A stretch of DNA of 29,566 nt from a virus. Lineage: Duplodnaviria > Caudoviricetes. Shown here piece after piece: positions 8,073 through 15,883 of this stretch; the stretch's first letter is position 1, and each line of letters starts with the position of its first letter. The notes beneath the pieces were generated by a model, which did not search any database, was not told where the DNA came from, and worked only from the letters and a program-made list of their open reading frames with translations. The position numbers and the translations under genes were made by a program. The stretch is from positions 1 to 29,566 of IMG/VR virus record IMGVR_UViG_3300032216_000223, one strand, 5' to 3'.

Positions 8073-8076
8073 GGTA

Positions 8077-8166
8077 TTAAACTACTGGGGACTGCTCTAT
8101 CTCATCAATAGCATCATCGCTATTAAAGATAGGTTCGTGGCTGCAAGAGCCACAGTTAATGCACAT
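8077..8166 (-). CDS. 29-aa micro-ORF with N-terminal CxxCxxC (not in ORF track)
   Basis: MCINCGSCSHEPIFNSDDAIDEIEQSPVV*. TAATG overlap upstream, and it ends just before the terminator. Confidence 0.55.
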   Translation of the reverse strand: MCINCGSCSHEPIFNSDDAIDEIEQSPVV

Positions 8167-8399
8167 TACTTAGATAGAGCCGCAATCTCATCGGCTGTTA
8201 GACCGAGAGCCGCTAGTTTAGCCTGACCCGCAGCCTTGTCTGCTGCAACTTTTGCTGCTTCTGCTTCTGCCGCAGCCTTCTGGTCTGCTGCTGCTTGAGC
8301 CGCAACAGCCTGTGCTGCAATTTCGTCTGCGGTTAAATCGCGAGTGGTGACAACACCTGTTTCACAATTTACCTCAATCGCTTGTGGTGTATCTGCCAT
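8166..8399 (-). CDS. putative tail fibre assembly chaperone (copy 2)
   Basis: NCETG...RDLTADEIA, Ala-rich helix, KLAALGLTADEIAAL. Paralogous to 10373-10582. AAGGAG RBS. Confidence 0.55.
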   Translation of the reverse strand: MADTPQAIEVNCETGVVTTRDLTADEIAAQAVAAQAAADQKAAAEAEAAKVAADKAAGQAKLAALGLTADEIAALSK

Positions 8400-8413
8400 T
8401 TGTTTCTCCTTAG

Positions 8414-8938
8414 TTATGAATTGGATATGCCGTAAAGGTAAAAGGTTGAGTATTGAACAAATGAGCCATATAAAGGCGTTAAAGTAATTGAAGTAATTGC
8501 TGCTGTATTACTCCATAAACCAGCATCTAGGCTTAATAAACCATTACTGCTACTGTTGTTTTCATTAACAGAATCAGATGACATAGATTTATAATTACTT
8601 AAAGTGTAATTAGGAATGTATATTTCACTATTGGAAAAAGTATTAGATGTTGAACTAGGACCATTAGCCCAAGTAAAAAGAAAACCACTACCCGAATTAC
8701 TTGCCGAACCAGCCGTATTGTTATTAGAATTCCATAGCAATTTTTCAGAATATCCCGTTGATGTTCCATTAAATGTAATTGCTGGATTAGTTACTAAATC
8801 ACCCGTATAATTGCCACGCATACTAAGTTTTAATACAAGGTCCGTCCAAGTGGCAGGAATAGACGAGAAGGTAACGCTTGACACGCCACCTGAGCCTACG
8901 GTGTTAGAAGCGATAAGAGTCATTGTTGGGTTAGCCAT
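8414..8938 (-). CDS. fibre-tip / receptor-binding-like beta protein, paralogue 4
   Basis: Shared pattern VTFSSIP.T..DL.L...W.NTAAITSITL...F.LYG. Confidence 0.6.
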   Translation of the reverse strand: MANPTMTLIASNTVGSGGVSSVTFSSIPATWTDLVLKLSMRGNYTGDLVTNPAITFNGTSTGYSEKLLWNSNNNTAGSASNSGSGFLFTWANGPSSTSNTFSNSEIYIPNYTLSNYKSMSSDSVNENNSSSNGLLSLDAGLWSNTAAITSITLTPLYGSFVQYSTFYLYGISNS

Positions 8939-9438
8939 TATGCAGCCGCGATTCCGTAGAGGGTAAAGGTGTTTCCAACAGAAAAAGTATTACTTGAACC
9001 TGTTAAGATAGTAATTGAGTTAATTGCGCTAGTGTTTCGCCATAATCCTACAGTCGCATCTGTTCCAGTTGCGGCAGCATTACCACGATTTAATACTGTT
9101 TTATATGTTGTCGTATTTGAATAATTCATTATTTGTGAAATAATTATTGCATTAGATGTGCTAGTCATATACCCGTTGTAATCTGGCAAAATTGATGTTG
9201 CAGATGTTTGACGGCTAGAGGAAGCAGCACTTCCGTTGCCCGTTAAATAAGTAGTTGAGTAATTGCTACCCGTATCGCTATTGAATTGAATTACGGGGTT
9301 TGTTCCTGCGTTTGCATTACCCGTAATAATTAAAATTAAATCCGTATAGGTAGATGGAATAGATGTAAAAGTGTAAGAAGTAGTAGTGCTTCCTAAAGTG
9401 GTGGTAGCAATAGGCGTATATGTTGAGCCAGCAGCCAT
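8938..9438 (-). CDS. fibre-tip / receptor-binding-like beta protein, paralogue 3
   Basis: YTFTSIPSTYTDLIL...YSNTTTYKT...LWRNTSAINSITI...FTLYGI. Confidence 0.6.
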   Translation of the reverse strand: MAAGSTYTPIATTTLGSTTTSYTFTSIPSTYTDLILIITGNANAGTNPVIQFNSDTGSNYSTTYLTGNGSAASSSRQTSATSILPDYNGYMTSTSNAIIISQIMNYSNTTTYKTVLNRGNAAATGTDATVGLWRNTSAINSITILTGSSNTFSVGNTFTLYGIAAA

Positions 9439-9439
9439 A

Positions 9440-10051
9440 TTAGTTCACCCCATAAAGTGCAAAAGATGAATACGCTTTGAAAGCACCACTTTCGGGCGTA
9501 ATTGTAATTGAAGTAATTGCTGAAGTGTTTGACCAAAGACCTGATAACAAGCGCACAGAACTATTGTTACCATCATTATTATCCCAACCCCACAAAGCAC
9601 GAGCAGTTTTATATTTGTTTGTATTTGTGTAATCTAAAATATCTGCTATGGCAATTCCTGGAGCAATCATAGAATTTCTTGTTGCAGACATAATCCATTT
9701 TGCAGTATTTTCTGCGCCAGCACCAGCACTATAACCATCTCCATATAAATAATGATTATAATAATTTGTTTGAGTTGTATCACCATTGAAAAAACCACTA
9801 CAGCGTACATTGCCTACACCACTACCACCAGTATCATTATTATTGGCAAGTAACCTTAATTGTAAATGTTTATATGTTTGTGGAATAGACGAAAAAGTAA
9901 TTGAACTTGCTGTACCACTGGTAACTGTTTGAGTGGCAATAGAAGCAAAACTGTTAGGATTGTAAAAAGCATTACCTGCCAACATATCCGAATAGCGATT
10001 TAATGTAGCGCCCACGCCGCCTGCATTGGACATCTTAAATATGGGTGTCAT
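9440..10051 (-). CDS. fibre-tip / receptor-binding-like beta protein, paralogue 2
   Basis: ITFSSIPQTYKHLQL...YTNTNKYKT...LWSNTSAITSITI...FALYGVN. Start placed at 10051 (TAATG coupling). Confidence 0.6.
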   Translation of the reverse strand: MTPIFKMSNAGGVGATLNRYSDMLAGNAFYNPNSFASIATQTVTSGTASSITFSSIPQTYKHLQLRLLANNNDTGGSGVGNVRCSGFFNGDTTQTNYYNHYLYGDGYSAGAGAENTAKWIMSATRNSMIAPGIAIADILDYTNTNKYKTARALWGWDNNDGNNSSVRLLSGLWSNTSAITSITITPESGAFKAYSSFALYGVN

Positions 10052-10353
10052 TATGCGATTGTTACGCCACAAATAGAAAGGTTAATACCAGTGGTAGAGG
10101 CAGAACCAGCAATGATTTGTGTTGTTGCTACTACCTGTTTGCATTGAATAACAGTTGTATCATAAGCACCAACACTTACAGTAGATGCTATTGCTGTACC
10201 GTTAAGAGTAATAGTAAAATTACCTGTTGAACCAGTGGTATTAGCAACCATAATTTCAGTTACGATTGCTGTTGTAGAAGACGGTACTGTGTATAGGGTT
10301 GTGCTTGACGTAGATGCTGCTCCGCGATAAAGTACTGCTGTTGTTGTAGCCAT
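10051..10353 (-). CDS. small beta-rich virion accessory or adaptor protein
   Basis: 100 aa, Thr/Ser-rich, TTLYTVP motif. Inside the fibre cassette, with an AAAGGTAG RBS-like sequence. Confidence 0.55.
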   Translation of the reverse strand: MATTTAVLYRGAASTSSTTLYTVPSSTTAIVTEIMVANTTGSTGNFTITLNGTAIASTVSVGAYDTTVIQCKQVVATTQIIAGSASTTGINLSICGVTIA

Positions 10354-10372
10354 TAGTTACTACCTTTCGTAG

Positions 10373-10582
10373 TTAGGAGAGTAGGAGTTTTGCTTCATCG
10401 GCAGTGATGCCGAGTTTGCTTAATAGTGCTTCTTTGGTTGCTGCCGCAGCATCTGCCTCTGCTTGACGAGTAGCATTGGCTGTTTGCTGTGCTTCATAGG
10501 CAGCAAATTCTTCATCGTTCATTTCACGGTCAATGACTGTGTCTGTTGATAAGTCGTGTATGCGTACTGTTGGTCTTGTCAT
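10373..10582 (-). CDS. putative tail fibre assembly chaperone (copy 1)
   Basis: MTRPTVRIHDLST..REMNDEEFA...KLGITADEAKLLLS. Start at 10582 by TAATG coupling. Paralogous to 8166-8399. Confidence 0.55.
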   Translation of the reverse strand: MTRPTVRIHDLSTDTVIDREMNDEEFAAYEAQQTANATRQAEADAAAATKEALLSKLGITADEAKLLLS

Positions 10583-11292
10583 TAGTTTACTCCGTATAGT
10601 GTATAGGTTCCAGCAGTCCAAGAAATACTATTACCATCAAGAATTGTTATGCTGGTTATTGCTCCATAATTTGAAGCACTTTCCCAAACACCAAAACCTG
10701 TTTGCGTTGTTGTTCCACCGCCTGGAGCATTTCTAAATGCGCCCACCCACGAACACGCTTTTGGCGTTGTCGTTGAAGCATAAAAAGGAAAAGTAATTAT
10801 TACTTGTTCATTTGAGTTAGTTGTTGCAAAACCAGCAGCACTATAAAGGTTGTAATCACTTGAACCAGTCCAAGAAGAACTACTTAGATAAGTAGAACGC
10901 CATCCCGTTGCATTTACACCATTCCACAAAATGTTTGCTGGTGAACCACCTACTGCATTTTGTATATTAGTAACAACAAGCACTAAATCTTTGTAACTTT
11001 GACTAATTGAAGAAATTGTTACGGTTGAAACGCCTGACATTGAACCTGTTGCTAATTGTGTGTATGAACCAGCAGCAGGAGCAGCAGCCCACTTGATACC
11101 TTGGGTTTGAGTTGAATCTGCATAGAGCATATAGCCATCTGTGCCTACACCTAAGCGAGCAGGGGTAGTGCTGTAAGCAAGTAAGTCACCCTTGGTTGTT
11201 AGCGCAGAAGTTCCAGTTGCACCAGTAGCACCTTGAGAACCATCACCTGCGATAACATCCCAAGATGTCCCGTTATATCTTTTTATTGGCAT
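10582..11292 (-). CDS. fibre-tip protein, paralogue 1, with an N-terminal fibre-like segment
   Basis: IKRYNGTSW, a short G-x-T collagen-like run, TTKGDLL...RLGVGTDG..L.ADS...GIKW, then the shared tip domain (TISSISQSYKDLVL...AITSITI...YTLYGVN). Confidence 0.65.
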   Translation of the reverse strand: MPIKRYNGTSWDVIAGDGSQGATGATGTSALTTKGDLLAYSTTPARLGVGTDGYMLYADSTQTQGIKWAAAPAAGSYTQLATGSMSGVSTVTISSISQSYKDLVLVVTNIQNAVGGSPANILWNGVNATGWRSTYLSSSSWTGSSDYNLYSAAGFATTNSNEQVIITFPFYASTTTPKACSWVGAFRNAPGGGTTTQTGFGVWESASNYGAITSITILDGNSISWTAGTYTLYGVN

Positions 11293-11293
11293 A

Positions 11294-13945
11294 TTAGTAC
11301 GCTCCCATGAGTGTCATTGTTCGTAGGTCTGGGTCTGTTGATGAAGTTGTATCTACCCAAACGTCACCAGTAGTTGGTGATGATGGAGTAGTTGAGCCTG
11401 AGTATATACGCTTACCTGTGTTAGAACCGGTGTTTGTTAGTGGTTGAACACGAACTGTTCCAGAGGTACTGGTATCTGTACCCATACCTAGGAAGTCAAT
11501 GTAGGTGTAAGAAGAAGCAGCACCGCTATCAATCTTTACCTGTGAACCTGATTGAACCTGTGACCAAGTAACACCAGTACCTGTTGTCTGTAGGTAGTAG
11601 CCGTTGGTTCCAGCAGAACCACCAGCTGTCAGGGTTCCTGTAAGGGTTGCGTTATTAAGAGTTCCGCCACTAATAGTAGCCGTAGAGGTAACGGTTCCAG
11701 AGATTGTTGCACCAGCAATGGTTGGTGTTGTAAAAGAATTAGACCATGATGGTGTAGTTCCATCAGTGGTTAGATAGTTACCAGCCTGACCAGTTTGAGA
11801 TGGCAGTGAGGCTGATGTGTATGTACTGAAAGTAATAGAAGTAGTACCAATGGTTACTGGGTTAGTGCTTGTGTTAACAAAGGTAACACCAGTGTTTTGT
11901 GTACCAGCAAGAGTAAATACTACGTCACCATTTGTAACCTCTGCTGTTGTATCGTAGTCAGTAGCACGGGTAAGCACTGCTGCTACTCCACCAGCACCTT
12001 GGTTAGTTACAACATAGATACCATTTTGTAAATCAGTAGTCTGATTCTTAAGAAGCACTCTGTCGTTGGTACTGACATTGCCACCGTCAATACTAAGGCG
12101 ACCAGTGGCTGTTAATGTAAATGTTGCACCTACACCACTAGTGCCATTGTTATATGTTCCAGTAAGGTTTGCTGTAGTAGCACGATTAACTGGAGCGTGG
12201 AAGTTAATAGCTGCAGTAACAGAATCTACGTATTGCTTAGTAGCAGCACCTAAATTTGTGGTTGGGTCAGCAGTAAGAGTTACCGCTGCACTAGTAAGTG
12301 TTACACCATTAAGTGTTGAGTAGGTAGTACCAGAGTTGATGGTAGTAGTACCTAGGGTAGGTGCTGAGTAAGAAGTTGTGGTTGAGATGGCTAACCAAGT
12401 AGAACCACTCCAAGCATACATAAGGCTTGATGTTGTATTAAAGTATGTAGCACCAGTGATAAGCGCATTACCTTGGTTATCAAGGCTAGGTGCAGAGGCA
12501 AAGCTACCTAGGTAGTAAGTCTTGTATGTGTTGTAAGTAGCCAGCGAACTGGATGCTGAAGTAGCTGCAGAGCTTGCTGAAGTAGCAGCAGAGGCAGCAG
12601 ATGTAGCAGCACTGTTAGCCGAAGTTAAAGAAGATGACGCTGATGTGGCAGCGCTATTGGCTGATGTAAGTGCAGCAGATGCTGAAGCAGCAGAGCTGGT
12701 TGCGCTGGTAGCAGCAGCCGTAGCAGATGCAGCAGCGCTTGTCGCTGATGTAGCAGCAGCCGTAGCCGATACCGCAGATGAACCTTGGCTAGTTAAAGAG
12801 GATGAGGCTGATGTAGCAGCCGAAGCAGCAGAAGTTGCTGCAGCCGTTGCTGAGGCAGCAGCACTAGTAGCTGAGGTTGCAGCAGCAGTCTGGCTTACGG
12901 AGGCGCTAGAGGCGCTTGTAGCGGCTGCTGTGGCACTTGCAGCGGCACTGGTAGCCGATGTAGCAGCAGCAGTTGCGCTGGCTGCAGCAGAGGTTGTAGA
13001 GCCAAAGATGGTATCAATGTAGCCCTTGGTTGCTGCATCCGTAGAAGCAGTCGGGGTACCTAGGGTGGTGATCTTAGAGCTACCCATATCAAGAGCACCA
13101 GACATGGTGCCACCTGTCTTAGATAGCTTGCCAGCAAGGTTAGTTGTTACCGTGGTTGAGAACGATGCGTCGTTACCAAGAGCAGCAGCCAACTCGTTGA
13201 GTGTGTCAAGAGCAGCAGGGGCAGAAGCAACTACGTTAGCAACTGCTGTATCTACGTATCCCTTAGTAGCAGCATCTCCTGTAGCCGTTGGTGTACCAAG
13301 ACCTGTAATCTTGTAGCTACCAGCAGCAAGGTTGGTTGACAATGTACCCGAAGCAATGGTTGCTGATGTAACCGTTGCTGAAGATACCGTACCACCATTG
13401 ATGGTAGGGCTGGTCAGAGTCTTGTTAGTAAGAGTCTGTGTGCCAGTTAATGTAACAACTGAAGTAGACAATGAACTTGTGCCAATGTTGGTGAGCGTGT
13501 TGCTAGCACCATCGATTGTCTTGTTAGTAAGAGTCTGAGTAGCAGCAGTACCTACGACAGTACCGTCCGATGTGCCTAGACCATGTAGGGCATGGTTAGC
13601 TATTCCATCGTTGTAGTAACCTGTTGCCTCAATGTGTAGGTTGGCTTCACGTAGGTCACGACCAATAACCATGTGGCGGATGACAGCACCAGCTGAGTGG
13701 TCTTGAGCAGTTGTGCTATCTGCTGCACGAGTAACTGTTAAGTTGTTACCCGAGAAGGCGGTAACATCTACAATTTCTTCAAGAGATGTATCTGGGTCAA
13801 TAACAACCGTAAAGGTTTGACCTGCTGAAATTGTTCCAACAATCAAAGTTGTAGCAGATACCACAGGAAAGACTGTTGCACCAGAAGTAACTGAGGATGT
13901 GAGAGTAGTCTGTTGGGACTTGGACGTATACTTACGAGTTGTCAT
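11294..13945 (-). CDS. long tail fibre protein
   Basis: TQTLTNKT repeats, three (D)AATKxYVD-type necks, APAALDTLNELAAALGND, an Ala/Ser/Thr coiled-coil tract and DRVLLKNQT...NGIY...LTRATD. Confidence 0.85.
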   Translation of the reverse strand: MTTRKYTSKSQQTTLTSSVTSGATVFPVVSATTLIVGTISAGQTFTVVIDPDTSLEEIVDVTAFSGNNLTVTRAADSTTAQDHSAGAVIRHMVIGRDLREANLHIEATGYYNDGIANHALHGLGTSDGTVVGTAATQTLTNKTIDGASNTLTNIGTSSLSTSVVTLTGTQTLTNKTLTSPTINGGTVSSATVTSATIASGTLSTNLAAGSYKITGLGTPTATGDAATKGYVDTAVANVVASAPAALDTLNELAAALGNDASFSTTVTTNLAGKLSKTGGTMSGALDMGSSKITTLGTPTASTDAATKGYIDTIFGSTTSAAASATAAATSATSAAASATAAATSASSASVSQTAAATSATSAAASATAAATSAASAATSASSSLTSQGSSAVSATAAATSATSAAASATAAATSATSSAASASAALTSANSAATSASSSLTSANSAATSAASAATSASSAATSASSSLATYNTYKTYYLGSFASAPSLDNQGNALITGATYFNTTSSLMYAWSGSTWLAISTTTSYSAPTLGTTTINSGTTYSTLNGVTLTSAAVTLTADPTTNLGAATKQYVDSVTAAINFHAPVNRATTANLTGTYNNGTSGVGATFTLTATGRLSIDGGNVSTNDRVLLKNQTTDLQNGIYVVTNQGAGGVAAVLTRATDYDTTAEVTNGDVVFTLAGTQNTGVTFVNTSTNPVTIGTTSITFSTYTSASLPSQTGQAGNYLTTDGTTPSWSNSFTTPTIAGATISGTVTSTATISGGTLNNATLTGTLTAGGSAGTNGYYLQTTGTGVTWSQVQSGSQVKIDSGAASSYTYIDFLGMGTDTSTSGTVRVQPLTNTGSNTGKRIYSGSTTPSSPTTGDVWVDTTSSTDPDLRTMTLMGAY
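12545..13000 (-). repeat. 7-residue Ala/Ser/Thr repeats (SATAAAT/SATSAAA) in the tail fibre
   Basis: Imperfect 21-nt periodicity encoding heptads. Boundaries approximate. Confidence 0.85.
13419..13537. repeat. 20-nt direct repeat GTCTTGTTAGTAAGAGTCTG (13419-13438 and 13518-13537)
   Basis: Exact match encoding the two QTLTNKT motifs of the fibre. Confidence 0.8.
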
Positions 13946-13953
13946 CTATCTAC

Positions 13954-14880
13954 CTATCGGCTGTAGTGGACGCGGGCTGGGAACTGGAGCTTTTGCTTTA
14001 ATGATTCTTCTTCAAGGCGTTGCATGTACAAAGCCTGAAGTTGTTTTGTTACGTTGATACCTGTGCCGTATGGACGCTTAGTTTCATATTCGTCCGCTGC
14101 TGCAGAGGTGATAGATATACGGGCTGGATCTACGAAAGAGGACAGACGGTACATAGCACCGTAAATCACTACGTCTCTCATAGATGAAGGCAAGCCTGTG
14201 GTTGATTCAAAGTTATCTGTTTCATTCACCATCTGAACAGGCATCTTGGCATAGACAGCGTGAACAGTACGTCCCGGTAGAATGTTGTCGTAAAGTGATA
14301 CGGTCTTAGATAGTCCTGAGTTAGGTCCATCTGGAGTCTGTACTCCCCAGTACGCAGTATCTGCGATTGGATCCCAACGCCATTGACGAATAGGCAACCA
14401 CTCACGTGTTGGTCCTACTGTCTGCCATGACATTGAAAGAATCTGGATTGCTTCTGATGGGATCTGGTATGTAGTACGAGAAGCCAAGAAGCTGAAATCT
14501 GTTGATGCTGTTGCAAATACCTTTGGGTATACCGCATTGAGTGTGTCATTCAAAGCACGGGCTACGGCTACGCGTGGGTAGGTAGGGGTGATGATGACCT
14601 TAGTGTTGATAGCATGGTTAACAGCAGTAGTGCTGTTGTAGCCACGACCAAAGGGAGCAATAGTAATCGTGTTAGCCTGACGGTCATAACTGTCTACCCA
14701 CATCATCTCACTGTCGATCTCAATGATTCCTTTACCAATGTTGTCGGTAGAACCAACAGACAGGATCAAGTCACCAGAGGTGCAGGCTTGTGTTAGATAG
14801 GTAGCGCGGTCTTGACGGTAGGTGAAACCTTGAATGTCAAGCTGTACATCGTCAATTAAATTTCCAAGTGTAGTTGCCAT
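13954..14880 (-). CDS. probable head-tail adaptor / tail tubular protein A-like
   Basis: TTLGNLIDDVQ...ALNDTLN...TYQIP...DVVIYGAMYRL...Y..RL layout of podovirus adaptors. Sits between head genes and fibre. Confidence 0.6.
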   Translation of the reverse strand: MATTLGNLIDDVQLDIQGFTYRQDRATYLTQACTSGDLILSVGSTDNIGKGIIEIDSEMMWVDSYDRQANTITIAPFGRGYNSTTAVNHAINTKVIITPTYPRVAVARALNDTLNAVYPKVFATASTDFSFLASRTTYQIPSEAIQILSMSWQTVGPTREWLPIRQWRWDPIADTAYWGVQTPDGPNSGLSKTVSLYDNILPGRTVHAVYAKMPVQMVNETDNFESTTGLPSSMRDVVIYGAMYRLSSFVDPARISITSAAADEYETKRPYGTGINVTKQLQALYMQRLEEESLKQKLQFPARVHYSR

Positions 14881-15212
14881 TAGGAAGCTATAGTCCTTAA
14901 TGCGGTGACCGCTTCTAGGTATTTGTCGGCAGTGGTTGCGGTGCTAGCAAGTTCATTACAAACTGCATTAAATTCTTTGTAGGCTGGCTGTTGACGAGTA
15001 GAGCTGGCTTTGTAATTAAGCGCTCCTACTATTGCCTTGCCTGTTGTACCTGCCCATTTGTTGGCAGCACCTTGAGCGTCAAGGTATGTATCGTAAGTTG
15101 GGTAATTTCCGCCATTAGCAAGACGGTTCAGTTCATCAATGATGGATGAGCCGGGACGTCCATAGAGGGTATAAGTTGTGCCGTTGTAAACGGCTGTACC
15201 ATAGGTAGCCAT
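14880..15212 (-). CDS. hypothetical virion-module protein
   Basis: Coupled by TAATG on both sides. Start placed at 15212. Confidence 0.6.
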   Translation of the reverse strand: MATYGTAVYNGTTYTLYGRPGSSIIDELNRLANGGNYPTYDTYLDAQGAANKWAGTTGKAIVGALNYKASSTRQQPAYKEFNAVCNELASTATTADKYLEAVTALRTIAS

Positions 15213-15472
15213 TACCATTTCACCTTGTCTGCCCAGTATGCGGCACTCATTTTTCCTTTAGCGATGTTCTTAGCATGACGGGCTTTGAATGAAGCCTGAC
15301 GTGCTGTAGGTTTATGGTCACCGACCACGCCTTGTTGTCCAAAGCGAATTGTCTTTACCTTGTCACCATCTTTTGCCACAACAACGTGGGACTTAGTGGG
15401 ATGGCTAGGTGTGCGCTTAGGCTTATTGAAGCCTGATACTCCAGCTTTAGCTAGACGTGGATCGGTTGCCAT
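15212..15472 (-). CDS. small basic protein, possibly Tlr6F/DUF5754-like
   Basis: KTIRFGQQG...R..SFKARH...SAAYWADKVKW pattern. Confidence 0.55.
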   Translation of the reverse strand: MATDPRLAKAGVSGFNKPKRTPSHPTKSHVVVAKDGDKVKTIRFGQQGVVGDHKPTARQASFKARHAKNIAKGKMSAAYWADKVKW

Positions 15473-15476
15473 AATA

Positions 15477-15656
15477 TTACTTGCCGCCTTTTTTCTGTGG
15501 CATAGCCACTTTCTTTAGGTTAGGGTTCTTTGCTTTTGCTTTAGCAGAAGCTGTGCGTGTAGATTCAGCAAGGATTGCCCCAGCGTTCTTCATTGGGATG
15601 CCTTGCCTCTTTGCGATCTTTGCTTGTACGGCTTTGAAGCCTTCGCCTTTAGCCAT
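15477..15656 (-). CDS. 59-aa Lys/Ala-rich basic protein (not in ORF track)
   Basis: MAKGEGFKAVQAKIAKRQGIPMKNAGAILAESTRTASAKAKAKNPNLKKVAMPQKKGGK*. TAATG coupling. Confidence 0.75.
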   Translation of the reverse strand: MAKGEGFKAVQAKIAKRQGIPMKNAGAILAESTRTASAKAKAKNPNLKKVAMPQKKGGK

Positions 15657-15883
15657 TAGTTTGTGTACCCATTAGCATAGCCACCAGTCTTCTTGAAGAT
15701 CTTGTCGCGTTCTGCATCTAGGTTCTTAACTTTTCCTGCAGCCATATCCTGCCTAAGCATTTTTTCTGCTGCTCGAGCTTTAGCATTGTCATTGCTTGGC
15801 AATGGCTTAGCTGCTGGCTGGGCTGACTTAGAGGTCCGTACAGCAGGAGTAGATACTCCCGGTGTTGGGATTCTGTTAGGCAT
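15656..15883 (-). CDS. small basic hypothetical protein
   Basis: 75 aa, Pro/Ala/Lys-rich. TAATG coupling at both ends. Confidence 0.65.
   Translation of the reverse strand: MPNRIPTPGVSTPAVRTSKSAQPAAKPLPSNDNAKARAAEKMLRQDMAAGKVKNLDAERDKIFKKTGGYANGYTN

Noticed and set aside
8414-11292. Diversity-generating retroelement or invertible shufflon acting on the tip genes
   Set aside because: No reverse transcriptase or invertase in the window, no ~100-nt template/variable repeat pair differing only at adenines, and all genes share one orientation.
12545-13000. Periodic repeats that might suggest a CRISPR array or DGR repeats
   Set aside because: They are degenerate in-frame 21-nt coding heptads with no constant repeat and unique spacers.
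12066-13538. Several + strand ORFs rich in Ala/Val/Leu opposite the tail fibre
   Set aside because: Antisense shadows of the Ser/Thr/Ala codon pattern, with no RBS or independent motif.
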